From Octopus vulgaris (lineage: Eukaryota): a stretch of 64,000 bases of DNA. A program made the position numbers and the translations under genes. Of this stretch, positions 39,324 to 52,361 are shown in pieces (position 1 is the first letter of the stretch; each line of letters opens with the position of its first letter). Location of the stretch: the NCBI GenBank assembly GCA_951406725.2, contig OX597816.1, positions 86,428,001 through 86,492,000 on the forward strand. The letters are read 5' to 3'. The notes beneath the pieces are model-generated. The model worked only from the letters and a program-made list of their open reading frames with translations, was not told the origin of the DNA and did not search any database.

Positions 39324-39981
39324 TATATGGGTTATATACATCTCCCACCCTATCCCTGTGTGATCTCTTTCTTCGTTTGTGTCTGTATGAGAGTTTGCGC
39401 CGGTGTAAGAGTGTGCAGACAGATAGTTTTAAAGATAGAAAAATAGATAGATACATCTAAAGAGAGAGAGAGAGGTGTGTGTATAAGAAGTTTTGAGTAA
39501 GTATGTGTGTGTGTTTGCATGCATATGTTTGTAAGCAGGTTTGAGATGTGATAAGGAGAATGAAGGGAAGTTTATCAGTAGTTAAATATCAGCATCATTA
39601 CATGTGACGAGTAAAATAAATATTTCAGAATGAGTGAAACGAATAGAGAGAATGTAAAGTAAAACAGAGTGTGTCGGTGTGAGAGGAGCAAAATGTTGGA
39701 TGAATAGACAGGTTGTCTAAGTTGCGAGTGTAGAGAAGCGGATTTGTATGAGTATGTGTACGTGCGTGTTTCTTTGTGTGTGCCTGTATATGTGTGTTTG
39801 TGTGTGAATGTGTGCTTGTCTATGTGTGTGTGTGCATTAAAGATATATAATTATTTGCTTCAGGAAATTTGGGGAAAAGCACATGCATATTAGAAGTGTA
39901 AGCATATATATGTCATCATATGTACACCTGTGTTTTTATACATTATATATGTGTGCGTGTGTGTGATACATATATATTATA

Positions 39982-40020
<39 letters not shown>

Positions 40021-40204
40021 TATATATATACGTACATAGATATATATACACACAGATGTATAAACGCATATACAATTGCTTATACAATTGCGTGTGGGTG
40101 TATCTATACGTACAGTTATATGTGTAAACATACGTAGGTGTACGTGTATTTACATGTAAATATAAATACATAAATATATACTTATGCACACACACTCGCA
40201 CAAT

Positions 40205-40238
<34 letters not shown>

Positions 40239-40614
40239 CATTTCTACACACACACACACATACACATTTGCTTATGTCTACATGCATATGGGTATTATTT
40301 TATATCTATATGTATGATTAAAAGTATGTACTTTGGACACATATGTCAGACAGAAAAATCTAATTCAGTTAGGAAAGAGTATTGAATTCTAACTATGAAT
40401 GAAAACTAAAGCAAAAAAATAAGATGTTCTCATTGCTTGTCTTTATATTTATAACTCGTGCTGTGCCACAGAGCATACATCATCATATGGCTATTAAATA
40501 TTTAAATCCCCCTGAGAATTCGCATTTCTGACAGGTTAAATACAGTCCAGCCGAGCCGAAACTTATTGTCAGAAACCAAATATTGTATGGCAGCGTATAC
40601 GTATTTTTACGTAC

Positions 40615-40616
<2 letters not shown>

Positions 40617-40695
<79 letters not shown>

Positions 40696-40720
40696 TATAG
40701 ATATATATATACATACATAC

Positions 40721-40778
<58 letters not shown>

Positions 40779-40829
40779 TATACATATATATATACATATA
40801 TATGTATGTGTGTGTGTATACGATAGAAG

Positions 40830-40885
<56 letters not shown>

Positions 40886-41194
40886 GCAAAATGATAAAGA
40901 GAAAGAAGGACTGCTAAATAAGAAAAGGTAGATATAGTCGGATATAAGATGTGTACGTAGGTGGCGGAGAATAAACAGAACTGCATTTTTCAATGATAAG
41001 AAATTGTCAGTGCCGATAGAATTGTTCGCTTCTCTGCTTATAAGTGACATTTATATATACTTGTAGATATATTCCACTTTTACAGGATATTGATTTCATC
41101 CGTAATTTATTACGCCACCTACCGGCTGAGCACAAAGAATTGTATGTACCTGTGCATAAATATATACTTATATATATATGTAAATATATACATA

Positions 41195-41268
<74 letters not shown>

Positions 41269-41402
41269 CATATATATTCATACACACACGCACGTGTATG
41301 TGCGTGTGTACTTCTGTGTACATTTGTATACATATCACGTTCTTCATGTAGTATAATCATAATATATCAACATACATATATATATGAGCATATATATGTA
41401 TA

Positions 41403-41454
<52 letters not shown>

Positions 41455-41457
41455 CAG

Positions 41458-41492
<35 letters not shown>

Positions 41493-41500
41493 TGCATGTA
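40617..41500. repeat. Long (TA)n/(TACA)n microsatellite cluster with short unique inserts
   Basis: Directly visible; source of the poly-YI ORFs. Confidence 0.9.
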
Positions 41501-42670
41501 TGCATAGATATAAATGCACACACATATAGACATATGTATCTAAATGCATATATGTGTGTGGATGAATATGTGAGTGTGTCTCACTCTCGCTCTGTGCATG
41601 TGTACGCATGCAAGTGTGTACGTATGCGTCTGTGTATGTTTTCATGTGTGGGTGCTAATCTGTTCAGTTAATCATAGGAAAAAATTATCATTGCCTGAAA
41701 TACAAACAAATTCATGAGGTACACATAATCTCTCGCCCTCTTGCATATATATATATATATATATATGCATCCATAACTACATACGTACATGCATACATAC
41801 ATACATACCTATATACACACAAATATATGTGTGTGTATATATATCATATATATATGTATACAGACACACACACACAAACACACAAACACTCGCTCACACA
41901 CACACACATACACACACGTATATTCCCATATGTAACTGCCTGCGTAATCATGTCCTCCAATATCTTCTGGCGAGGTAACTTTAAACCATAATTCAAGGCA
42001 AATGGGCTACCATTAGAAAACGATAGAAAATACTCGTATTTCATTTGAGATCATATTATTTCCTACATGCATTTCTCACAGGAAATTTACTTCTAATTTT
42101 TTTTACATGGTTTCAGGCCCTCCGAGGCATAAAAAAGAGAGAAATTGCTATTTGGTTTCCTTCACTCGTTGCTCTCTTGGTTGGTTTCAGATCCTAAGCT
42201 GAATCGAGTAATAAATAAATGGGAAAAGTAAAATCACTTTCTTTTGTAGCTTCTTTTTTAAGAGACCCAATATATCGAAAATGTTCTTCAACCAATAACA
42301 TGTTGAAATTACCTTATTTCATGTTTTAATATGCTATGGCATTTTTAAAAATGCGGATATCGCAGAGTAAATGCACCAATGTTCTTTCCAGTATTTCATT
42401 TCCTTTCTTCTGTTAGGGTGACTGAATCAGCTTTTTTCCCCAATGCCATACTTATTGAGAGAGATCTGATAGCCAACTTTACAATGTATCCCTATATTAA
42501 ATTATTATCTCTTTTGCAAACCGATGGAAAAATCTATTGGTATGCATTGTTATGACGCCCGAGAGGCTCATAAATACGTAGGCCTCAGATCATGTTTATA
42601 GCATTAGGATTAACAATTCAAGAGTTAAGGAATTGCAAGTTTATAAGGATATTTGATTCTCGCATTCTAA

Positions 42671-42742
42671 TTGAACAACCGTTGAAAACTGAACTAGCGT
42701 GCTGATGCTATCACGCTAGTTCAGTTTTCAACGGTTGTTCAA
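42671..42742. repeat. Perfect 31-bp hairpin with 10-nt loop
   Basis: ttgaacaaccgttgaaaactgaactagcgtg / ctgatgctat / cacgctagttcagttttcaacggttgttcaa. Confidence 0.92.
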
Positions 42743-43208
42743 CTATGGAATTCTCCTTTAGGTTGCCTACATATACGCATAAGTTATAACTTCTAAACTT
42801 TAATCTTATATTATCTTAGAAATTTTATTGAGATTACTATCTAATTAAACTTGTTTTCATGAAGTTTCAGTACTTCCATAATAATAACACTATAAATCTG
42901 TGTTAATTAAACATTCCACTACTATGGGAACAATTCATTCTAGAATTGCACGTGCTGAAACATGTAGAGGGATCTGGGTTCAGTTACCTATGTTATTGTT
43001 GTATTTTATACCACATGTGGTTAGGAAAGAACTTGGATTTGTTCCCTACTTCGTATTCGCCGTTTGCTTTCTTTCATATCCGTTTCATATACATACCCAT
43101 TTGTATAACACTCTCTTACACAATTTAAAATATAAAGCTAATAAGTAAATCCACCGAGTTTCCTAAAATTAAGTGTGCAACAATATAATATCTCAAAATA
43201 TCACCGAT

Positions 43209-43763
43209 TGAATCGATCTGGTCTTTCAAGAGATATTCACTCAGCTTATTCTGCATCATGAGAACATAGAAATAGTAGGTATTTTTAAGCTGATATTATT
43301 AGTTCGCGCTTCACTTATCACTCTTTACCGCGCAACTCTAAATGCGGTTTCATAAACAGTGTTAATATGAATGAATGTCGTAACATGTCTTATATTTCGT
43401 TCGATACACAAATCGAGAAGAAATGCTAAGGAGTATAGTCGCTTGACTTGAAACGATGTATAAGACTTTTACATATATTATTTACTTGTGAAAGAGTCAA
43501 AATACGAGTTTCTATTTGCTCTGATATCCTGCTCGAGTTAAAAATTTTAGTATATCTTTCTAAACAAGGGGACAATAACATAATTTCTGATATTATTAGT
43601 TCGCGCTTCACTTATCACTCTTTACCGCGCAACTCTAAATGCGGTTTCTTAAACAATGTTAATATGAATCGATCTGGTCTTTCAAGAGATATTCACTCAG
43701 CTTATTCTGCATCATGAGAACATAGAGATAGTAGGTATTTCGTTCGATACACAAATCGAGAAG
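43209..43763. repeat. Scrambled local duplication (X-Y-Z recopied as Y-X-Z)
   Basis: X 43209-43284 = 43665-43740; Y 43290-43372 = 43587-43669; Z 43393-43420 = 43736-43763. Confidence 0.88.
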
Positions 43764-44180
43764 TGTCGCTTTCAAAACCTGAGTCTATAGTTTTCTTTGA
43801 TATAAATTGATAATTAAGGAAAAGTTAACTGCAGCGACAAATAAAACGAAATAGAAAACTGGATATTTCCAAAAAGAATAGAATCAATGGCAATAGTAAC
43901 ACCCTCCTCCTAGTCATCGTTATCATCATCATCATCATCCACCTCCCCCACACACACACACACCACCAACGTCACCACCACTCTTAACAATACCATCATT
44001 GTCAATATCATCAGCAGTTATTGTCGTCGGCGTTATCGTCATCGGCAACATAGACAAGCAAACTCTAAAAATAATCTTTGCAAGATCACTCATCTCAGGT
44101 ATAGTGATACCTTTTGCTAACGCCCTCAAATTATCCAGTAACAATAACAAGATCACCCAACTGTATCAACAACTATATTG

Positions 44181-44392
44181 GTTTCAAATTTTGGCGCAAG
44201 ATCAGTAATTTCGGGGGAGTGGCTAAGTCGATTACATCGACCTCAGTGCTCGCCTGGTACATATTTCAGCAACACCGACGCGATCAAAGACAAAGACGGC
44301 AAAACAGAATTTGAACCTGGAACGTGAAGACGAACGAGATGCAGCTAGGCATTTTACCCGGTGTGCTAGCGATTCTGATAGCTTGCCGCTTT
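44181..44392 (-). mobile_element. tRNA-derived SINE, family C, full length with target-site duplication
   Basis: Minus head aagcggcaagctatcagaatcgctagcacaccggg...ggttcaaattc; flanked by tgtatcaacaactatattg (44162-44180) and tgtatcagcaattatattg (44393-44411). Confidence 0.85.
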
Positions 44393-46897
44393 TGTATCAG
44401 CAATTATATTGAGAAACCTTATGGTGACATCAGCAAGAACAATGGGATTAATATATTTCGAAACGGAGGTTAATAAATATACCTGGGAATAGAAACTGAG
44501 TTATGGCCACAACTTGAATGAAACTTACGTATCTACAAATTTCCTACCTTCATCATCGTGTTAAAGCAACACGATGGCGAAGCAACAACTTGCTTTAAGG
44601 ATCATGAATGTTTAATGAGAAAACAACCCAAATCGATCTCATCAACAGCAACACTCATAAAAAAAAACTATGTGATAGCTCGGTATGCGAGAGATTGGGT
44701 CTAAACTTTAACCTAATCATTTTTACGGATATCTTAAAATATTGAATAAATTAGCTTCTCTCAGCTGGAACTAAAAGTTATGATCACAGCTTGAACAGCG
44801 TTTCAATATTTTTTGGCATTCATCACATTTGACCTGGGGCTACAGAATACCATGAATTGTAATGATTTGTTGCGTGCAACAACAATCTTGCAAAGTGCTA
44901 CATTCATTTCAATAAAGAAGAAATTTATCACAATCATCATCATCGTCATCTTTGTCGTCGTTATCGTCATTATTATCATTGTCGCAGTGTCACCATCGTC
45001 TTCGGTTTTGGTCGTGCGACGTCTCAAACCAGCTAGCCATAGCAAGGAAAATACTACAAGTTCGACCAGAAGAAAATATATCTTTGACAATTTATTGCCT
45101 GAAATATTATTTGGAAAAGGTCGGTGATAGCTGAAACGCCTTTGACAATAGGTGTTCCCTCTTAGATCAGCTATGGAACCCAACAACAGAACAGTTACAG
45201 TAACAACACATCCTCTTTGACCATTATCACCTTTTACATCACCACAGCCACCAGCATTAATAATATTTACAACACATCATACAGCAGCAGCGACAATAAC
45301 ATCACCGTCATCTTCAATATTAACATCATTGTTTCATTCATCGATCATTATATTCTCATCACCATCAATAACAATAACAACAACCACATGTCAACAACAC
45401 AGGTATCAACATGAGCAACCACCTCGGCGATCTAATATACAATATAAAGCATAAACAATGAAACATAGCAATATATTCATAACCGCAATATCCACGAAAA
45501 TAGCAATACCATAACTCCCCGCCAAATATCTTCCAACAAGCAACCGCAATAACAGCGGCAACAACATTAATCATGAATAGACAAGAAACTACAACAATAT
45601 CATTGGAATAATAAAAAAAAAGAAATATATACAGCAATCATAACAACTATTGCAACAACAAAACACATAGACTTTCTATATTTAAATATTTTCATCTCGG
45701 CTATGAAATTCCGTTAATTCAATTCGATGTGATTCAGAAAACTTGAATGGCGTCCCGTTGTTGTATGCGAATTAATTTATATTCAGCATGAGCATTGAAA
45801 AATAAGAAAAAAATGCCGTTCCGTATTTAATTTCTAGCAACAATAACAACAATAACGAAAATAAGGACGGCAATAGCAGCAGTAGAAATTACAATAAAAA
45901 GTGCTGGTATTAGAGTGATAAAAGAACTATGAAAGCAACAAAACAAAAAGGTGATTCAACAGAAAACACCAACGTCAACCTCAAACAATAAGTGCAGCAA
46001 CATGAAAATGAATGATAATAATAATGATAATAACAACAACAAAAAGAGCACACGAAATGGAATCATAAACAAAGAAAAATACGTAAGAGACAAATCAAAC
46101 ATAACAACAACTACAACTGCAATAACTGGACCAACGACAACAATATTAGCAACTGCAACAAGAGTCGAAGTTACAACTGTCATAATGAAAAGAGGACGTG
46201 TTTGTTTATATATATTGTAGTTTCCACCAGTAAGACATCGACCTACACCGCAACCGCACCGCCAGAACAACAACAACAACAACAACAACAACAAAAAAGA
46301 ACAATGACAACGAGAATAACAGCCAAATCAACAAATATCACCAACGGCAACAGAACAACTACAAAACCTACAACAACAACGACAACAACAACAATAGCAA
46401 CGAAGGAAATTAAGTCAGCACAAACAATAACGACAACGCACGCACGCAACAACGTTTTGTTGAAATTCATTTTCCGCCTCCTCCGCCCTCTATTAATTCC
46501 CAAACAAATCCAACACAAGGAATCTTTCCGTTTTTCATAAGTTAAATAATTCATTCAATTAAATTTTTCCACAAAATAGAATTCCTTCTTCTGATCTATT
46601 TTATGCATTTCCTCTGTTCCTTTTTACCTCTTGTGTTTTATTACTTCTTTTCTTTTTTTCATAATGTGAGTGTTGTTATGTAGTTTTTGTTTAGTATTGT
46701 TTATGTATTTTTCATTTGCTCAGAGAAAAACTTGGTTAATATTGCATTGTCTTTACATATTTACATATTTAATTCAAGTTTCTAAATTTTATGAATTTCA
46801 ATGTGTTCAGCGTTAAACCCATATTCTCAAAGACACATTGTAGTTATACATGCAAACACACATGTATACAAACGTATAGATATATATGTGTGTGCTT

Positions 46898-46928
<31 letters not shown>

Positions 46929-47043
46929 TAAGTACACACACACAAATATACATATATATACGTATATATATGAATATATATACAAAAATATATACGAATA
47001 TATAATGTATATTTGTGTGTGTACTTAATATATATATACACAA

Positions 47044-47076
<33 letters not shown>

Positions 47077-49435
47077 CATATAGGAGACACACACTTTTAT
47101 ATATACATATGAACATAGAGTATAATTACATGTTACATACATAGGTATGGTTATGGGATTAGGCAGTGCGTGTTACACAAATATATGTCCAAATTCCAGT
47201 GCATTCGACTAGTGTCTTCTAATCATGTCTCTTTTCATGAATGAGTGAATCCAGTAAAGAATATATATATATGTGTGTGTGTGTGTGTATGTGTGCGCGT
47301 GTGTATGTGTGTGCGTGTGTGTGCGTGTGTGCGTGTGTGTATGTATGTATGTGTATATATATATATATACATACACATTTATATATACATGTGCATGTAT
47401 ATATATACATACATACATACATGCACATATAAGTATATATATATATATGAGACGAGAAGAATAAAATTGGAAGCTTAATTTAAGTTTGTTCTTGTAACTT
47501 CGCAAATTTCATAATCTTCAACAGGTTTTATGAACGAATACTAAATCTTTTATCAGTGAATGTTGTGTGAGCGATTGCATAATAGCAGATCAGCACAACA
47601 TTTTCAGAGAAAATCATTGTTTCAATCTGTCATTATTTACCATCTATCGGTTATCAGTGTACCTCTACTATAAGATGGTGAAAAGTTTAAAGACGACGGA
47701 TCATGTTCCTTATCATACACAAAATGAAATTGATCATGTACTAAGGGAATGTGACATTTCTCGAATAAGAATTTCATACGTACATCTATCAGAAATTGCA
47801 TATATTTGTCAGTACAGACGTGCTATGAAACAAAACTCTTCAAATAAGAGGACGCAAGCACGAAAGCCATTTGAAATCCGTGGAAGACAGTCTCTGTAGT
47901 AATATATATAGGAACTTGAAAACCAATTGAGCAGACGATGCAGGTAGAGCCCATCTACATTGACGTTTGTAGCGCTGGATAGCCAATTAAAGGTAGTGAC
48001 CAATATAAGCGGAACAATTTTGATGACTTACTTTGCTGTTAGCTTCCTCCAGCCATCAGGATTACGAATATATGCTCACTAATAAATATGAATAGCATTC
48101 GCCTAACTTAAGGGAAATCCCATATGAGCTTTAGTTCAGGCGTTCCTTACCTTTTCATCTGAGGAGACAAAGAAATCAGCATGATGTTTGTACATTTAAT
48201 CATAAGCAATTATATTTATCAATGAGATTAATTTGGGCATCAGTCTCGTCTACATATCGAAGAATTAATGTTCTTCCAGGTGTCGCACACACTGTTGATC
48301 ATGTTTTACTAAAACGGATAATTTTGATCTCGCAATCACTGTATTGTGTGCCATTGAGTGTCAACGGAGGTTGGTGAAAAAATACAATAAATATCTAATC
48401 GACTAAGCATGATCAACCAATAAAAATATACATAGGTCTACACCTTGAGAAGACACATTAAAAACTTTAAGCTTCTTTAATATACAGATTTAAAACTAGT
48501 CGTAATTGCAACCGCATGTGTGTCAATTCATCATGGTGTCAATATAACGGTAAATTATAGTGTCAATTTGTTAACGGAATCAAGCCGAAAGCAACTACCT
48601 GAATTACAGATGTTGCACTACATAACTATCATATCTTTTACAAGTGCAAAACCAATTTTAAGCTGACATAGTTGATGACAACACCATATAATTATATATT
48701 TTTGTATATTCTTTATTCGATGATGTTTTCTGTACGTACCTTGTATCAAAAAATCTATCAGTGCAAATTCATATTAGAACTACTCGTGAGCCCCACTGAT
48801 TATCGATTTCATAGATTACCTATCATTGAATTTAGATTTCTGTGGCTTAATTTCAATTCTATAACAAACGAAAACGCTGTTCTCTGAGATACCCTGTTCA
48901 TAAAATTTCTAATTGAATCCTTCTAAAATTGATGACTCATTGAATTGATGCGTTTTGTTAAGCTGCACGAAAGTATATCGCCAAAAGTTAGTTGGCTCCC
49001 ACAATTAATAGCCCAAAGGCTGGCACTTGTGATCACGAGAAAATATGTTGATTAAATCGATTTTTACTCTTGTGCTATATTTTCTATTATGATATCATAT
49101 CAAGAATCTTGTCATCAACGTTTTTGTTTTTTGGATGGTATTAATCATTCAATCTTACTAGATTATTTGTACCTCATGCATCCCAACGTTAACAATAAAA
49201 AGTAAGTATATAATGAGAATAAAAGGATATTAGCGAATGATTAAGCCTACTTAATTTGGGGGCGGGTACACAAGACAATATCTGGACTTGACACGCTCTA
49301 ATTCTAGTTTCAGCAGAGAAAAAAATTCACATAAACAGACGCGAAAAAACATCACATTTGGGTTTAGTATAAATGAGACAGACGGCGTACTAGCTTAACT
49401 AAGGTGTTTTATCTTAATAATTATCAGTGATTTAC

Positions 49436-49479
<44 letters not shown>

Positions 49480-49510
49480 GTCATCATCATCATCACTTTT
49501 CTATACATAA

Positions 49511-49577
<67 letters not shown>

Positions 49578-49648
49578 CATATATATATATATATGTATAT
49601 GTATGTATGTATATGTATATATATATATATATGTATATATATGTATAC

Positions 49649-49679
<31 letters not shown>

Positions 49680-49810
49680 ATGAAAATAAGGGTAAATAAT
49701 TTTTTCGATGGTTTTTCAGACAATCAACAATTATTTACCGGTAGATTTCGGTATATAAATATGACCTTTAGCGGTGGGAACTTCTGTGGAGTTCAGTATA
49801 TATAGTATAT

Positions 49811-50195
49811 AAGTAGAAGGGCAGGCAACATGTTGCAAAATAGGAGGAATAAATAAACGAAAGCAATGCCTTACCGTTAATAGCGAACATGTTTCTAGAT
49901 CGGAGGGGAGAAAATGCCTCATGTCTTTCATCAGCGCCATCTTCGTTAGCTTTATCAAATGCCACCAGCCTCCACTTTTGACCAGGCGTCATCAAATAGT
50001 GGGGGGAAAGTGAGCATAGGCTAAAGCTATGTAGACGATTGAATCCGTAAACTCTCCCTCCTATTTTGCATATGTGTATTGCAGGGTTATGTCGTATATG
50101 GAGCCCCACTTGTAGAAAATGGAAATAAACAGTCTCTGACTGCTATTTCAAATTCTTTCGGTATGCGGCAAAGCAACCTGTTGCCTGCCCTTCTA

Positions 50196-50198
<3 letters not shown>
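49811..50198. mobile_element. ~390-bp element with inverted termini and an internal hammerhead, inserted in TA repeats
   Basis: aagtagaagggcaggcaacatgttgc (49811-49836) pairs with gcaacctgttgcctgcccttctactt (50173-50198); inner arm tgcaaaataggagg pairs with cctcctattttgca (50057-50070). Confidence 0.78.
49880..49940 (-). ncRNA. Type-I hammerhead ribozyme motif
   Basis: Minus strand: auggcg CUGAUGA aaga..gagg..ccuc..ucua GAAA caug UU cgcuau. 6-bp stem I, palindromic stem III ACAUGU, GUU triplet. Confidence 0.72.
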
Positions 50199-50280
<82 letters not shown>

Positions 50281-50583
50281 TGGTTGTCTACACATTATGC
50301 AGAGTTTGACCACCTCTTATACCTACGCCTTAAAAAAATCATGGCATCTGACCTGACTTTTTAAACGAGACAATGTTCTGAAAAGACACTCGTATAGATT
50401 GCACATCCGATTTGGACCGCCAACAGCTGCAGATAAATTCTAATTTTTGTGGATCTTAAAATATCTTTTTGGGCCTCCGTTAGATTTGAAAACCTTCTGG
50501 CATACACTGCATTCAAATGTGTGCACAGACATATAGGCAGAATAGTTGGTGGAGGTTCCATGGGTTCGCAAATAATAAAGGAT

Positions 50584-51512
50584 AAACCTGCTAAAGATTT
50601 TATCAGTGGCAAGCATATAATATAAAGGAGATTTCGTATATAGAGGTTTATAATAGTATGAAATATAATTATAATTAAGGGCATAGAATCTAGAATGCCT
50701 TTACTGAAAGTAGACGCTAAGCCATCAAACCAATTAAAAATAATCACTAATTTGGTACACAACGTGTTGAAGTCGAGTAGGTAGGCTCAGAGAAATTCAT
50801 AAAATAGTTAGTCTTGGTTTGATGAATTTCTGGATTAGTCCAATAATTTTTCCTCATCAGCAAGGTATACTTAGGAAAATAAACGTGAAGATACGCTTAC
50901 ATAAAAGTACCGCAAATACGTCCGCTTCGAATTTTGTAGTCTACCTCAGCACGTGTGTATATAGTCAGATTAGTGCAGAAGCTTCTACACTGTCCCAAAG
51001 TGAATAAAAATTATTCAATTATAGTAATGATACATGGTGAAACCGTTAAAGATTTTATCAGTGGCTAGCATATAATAAAGACGGGTTAAGGTGGAATCAA
51101 ATATATAGATTTATAATAGTATAAAATACAATAATTACGAAGGGCATGCCTATGCTCAAAGTAGATGCTAAGTCCTCAAACCACTTTAAAATTATCATTT
51201 TTATAGTACACAACGTATTGAAATCAAGGAAACGTTATTGGACTATTCCAGAAATTAATCAATCCAAAGCTGGCTATTTTATGAATTTTTGTGACCCAAC
51301 TACCTCGATTTTATCACGTTGTGTACTCTAAAAGGGATCATTTTAAAGTGGTTTGACGAATTAGCGTCTATTTTCAGCATAGGCATAGTCTCGCCTATGC
51401 CCATATTTATAATTATATTTTATAAATCTCTATATATGAATTCACCTTCATAGGTCTATATTATATGATGGCCACTGATAAAATCATTAACGGTTTTATT
51501 CTTTATTATTAA

Positions 51513-51584
<72 letters not shown>

Positions 51585-51930
51585 AAATGAATAATTTCCA
51601 TTATTTTTGTACTACTCTGACCATATATACACATGCTGAAGTAGACTACGAAATTCTAAGCGGATATATTTGTGGTACTTGTATGTAACCATAACTTTGC
51701 ATTTGCTTTCCTGTGGGTATGTATAAATATCTCATTTATATCCCTAAGTATGTCTTGCTGATGAGGAAAAGTTACTTGACTAATCTAGAAATTGATCGAT
51801 CCAAGCTTACTCTCTCGATTTGTAGAAGTGATAATCTTTAAGTAGCTTGACGACTTAATGTCTACTTTAAGCATAGGCATTGTCCCTTCTATGCCCTTAA
51901 TTAAAATTGCAATTTATACTATTATAAATT
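50584..51930. mobile_element. Tandem plus inverted array of a ~455-bp monomer carrying a hammerhead-like motif (retrozyme/PLE-like)
   Basis: taaagattttatcagtggc at 50592 and 51047 (period 455). From ~51227 to 51930 the same monomer runs in reverse complement (e.g. gccactgataaaatc ~51471; gtagactacgaaattc ~51641 versus gaattttgtagtctac ~50929). Confidence 0.82.
51754..51805 (+). ncRNA. Hammerhead-like motif within the 455-bp monomer
   Basis: cuug CUGAUGA ggaaaaguuacuugacuaaucua GAAA uugaucga UC caag. Sister copies at 50813-50864 (minus strand, triplet mutated) and 51227-51269 (lacks CUGAUGA). Confidence 0.62.
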
Positions 51931-51955
51931 TCTCTTTCTCTCTCTCTCTCTCTCT

Positions 51956-52009
<54 letters not shown>

Positions 52010-52101
52010 TTAGAGAAATAAGAAAATGGAGGAGTACTGATGAACAACAATTTACTTCCATCAATTATTATTTATTAATTAAATGCAAATAAACTGCATC
52101 T

Positions 52102-52224
52102 CATCTAACAGCTGTTTCTGCTTCCAATGTTTTATGGTTTTGCAATTGATATGCAAAGATATGTAAAAATATTAATCATATTTGGTAATAAAACCGATCT
52201 TCAACAAGGAGCTTCTTCAGAGTG
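52102..52224 (-). ncRNA. Type-I hammerhead motif with ~95-nt extended stem II
   Basis: Minus strand: cacu CUGAAGA agcucc...ggaagca GAAA cagcug UU agaug. Palindromic stem III ACAGCUGU; host segment lies between two (TA)n tracts. Confidence 0.62.
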
Positions 52225-52324
52225 AAGAATATATAAATACGAAGAGCATAGAGAAGTGTTGAATTGAAGAGTTGAATATGGCTGTAATCATACCATTTTG
52301 CTTGTGTCTCATTGAGCAGGTAAG

Positions 52325-52361
<37 letters not shown>

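Noticed and set aside
40957-41122. 10-bp inverted repeat gtaggtggcg/cgccacctac
   Set aside because: Too short, with no clear TSD, to call a MITE.
47567-47899. 110-aa ORF containing TQNEIDHVL (like the RTE endonuclease NEIDHIL motif)
   Set aside because: Only one short motif; no other APE or RT motifs could be traced.
48155-48190. CTGAGGA...GAAAtcagcatgat hammerhead-like string
   Set aside because: No stem I or stem II pairing, and the triplet would end in G.
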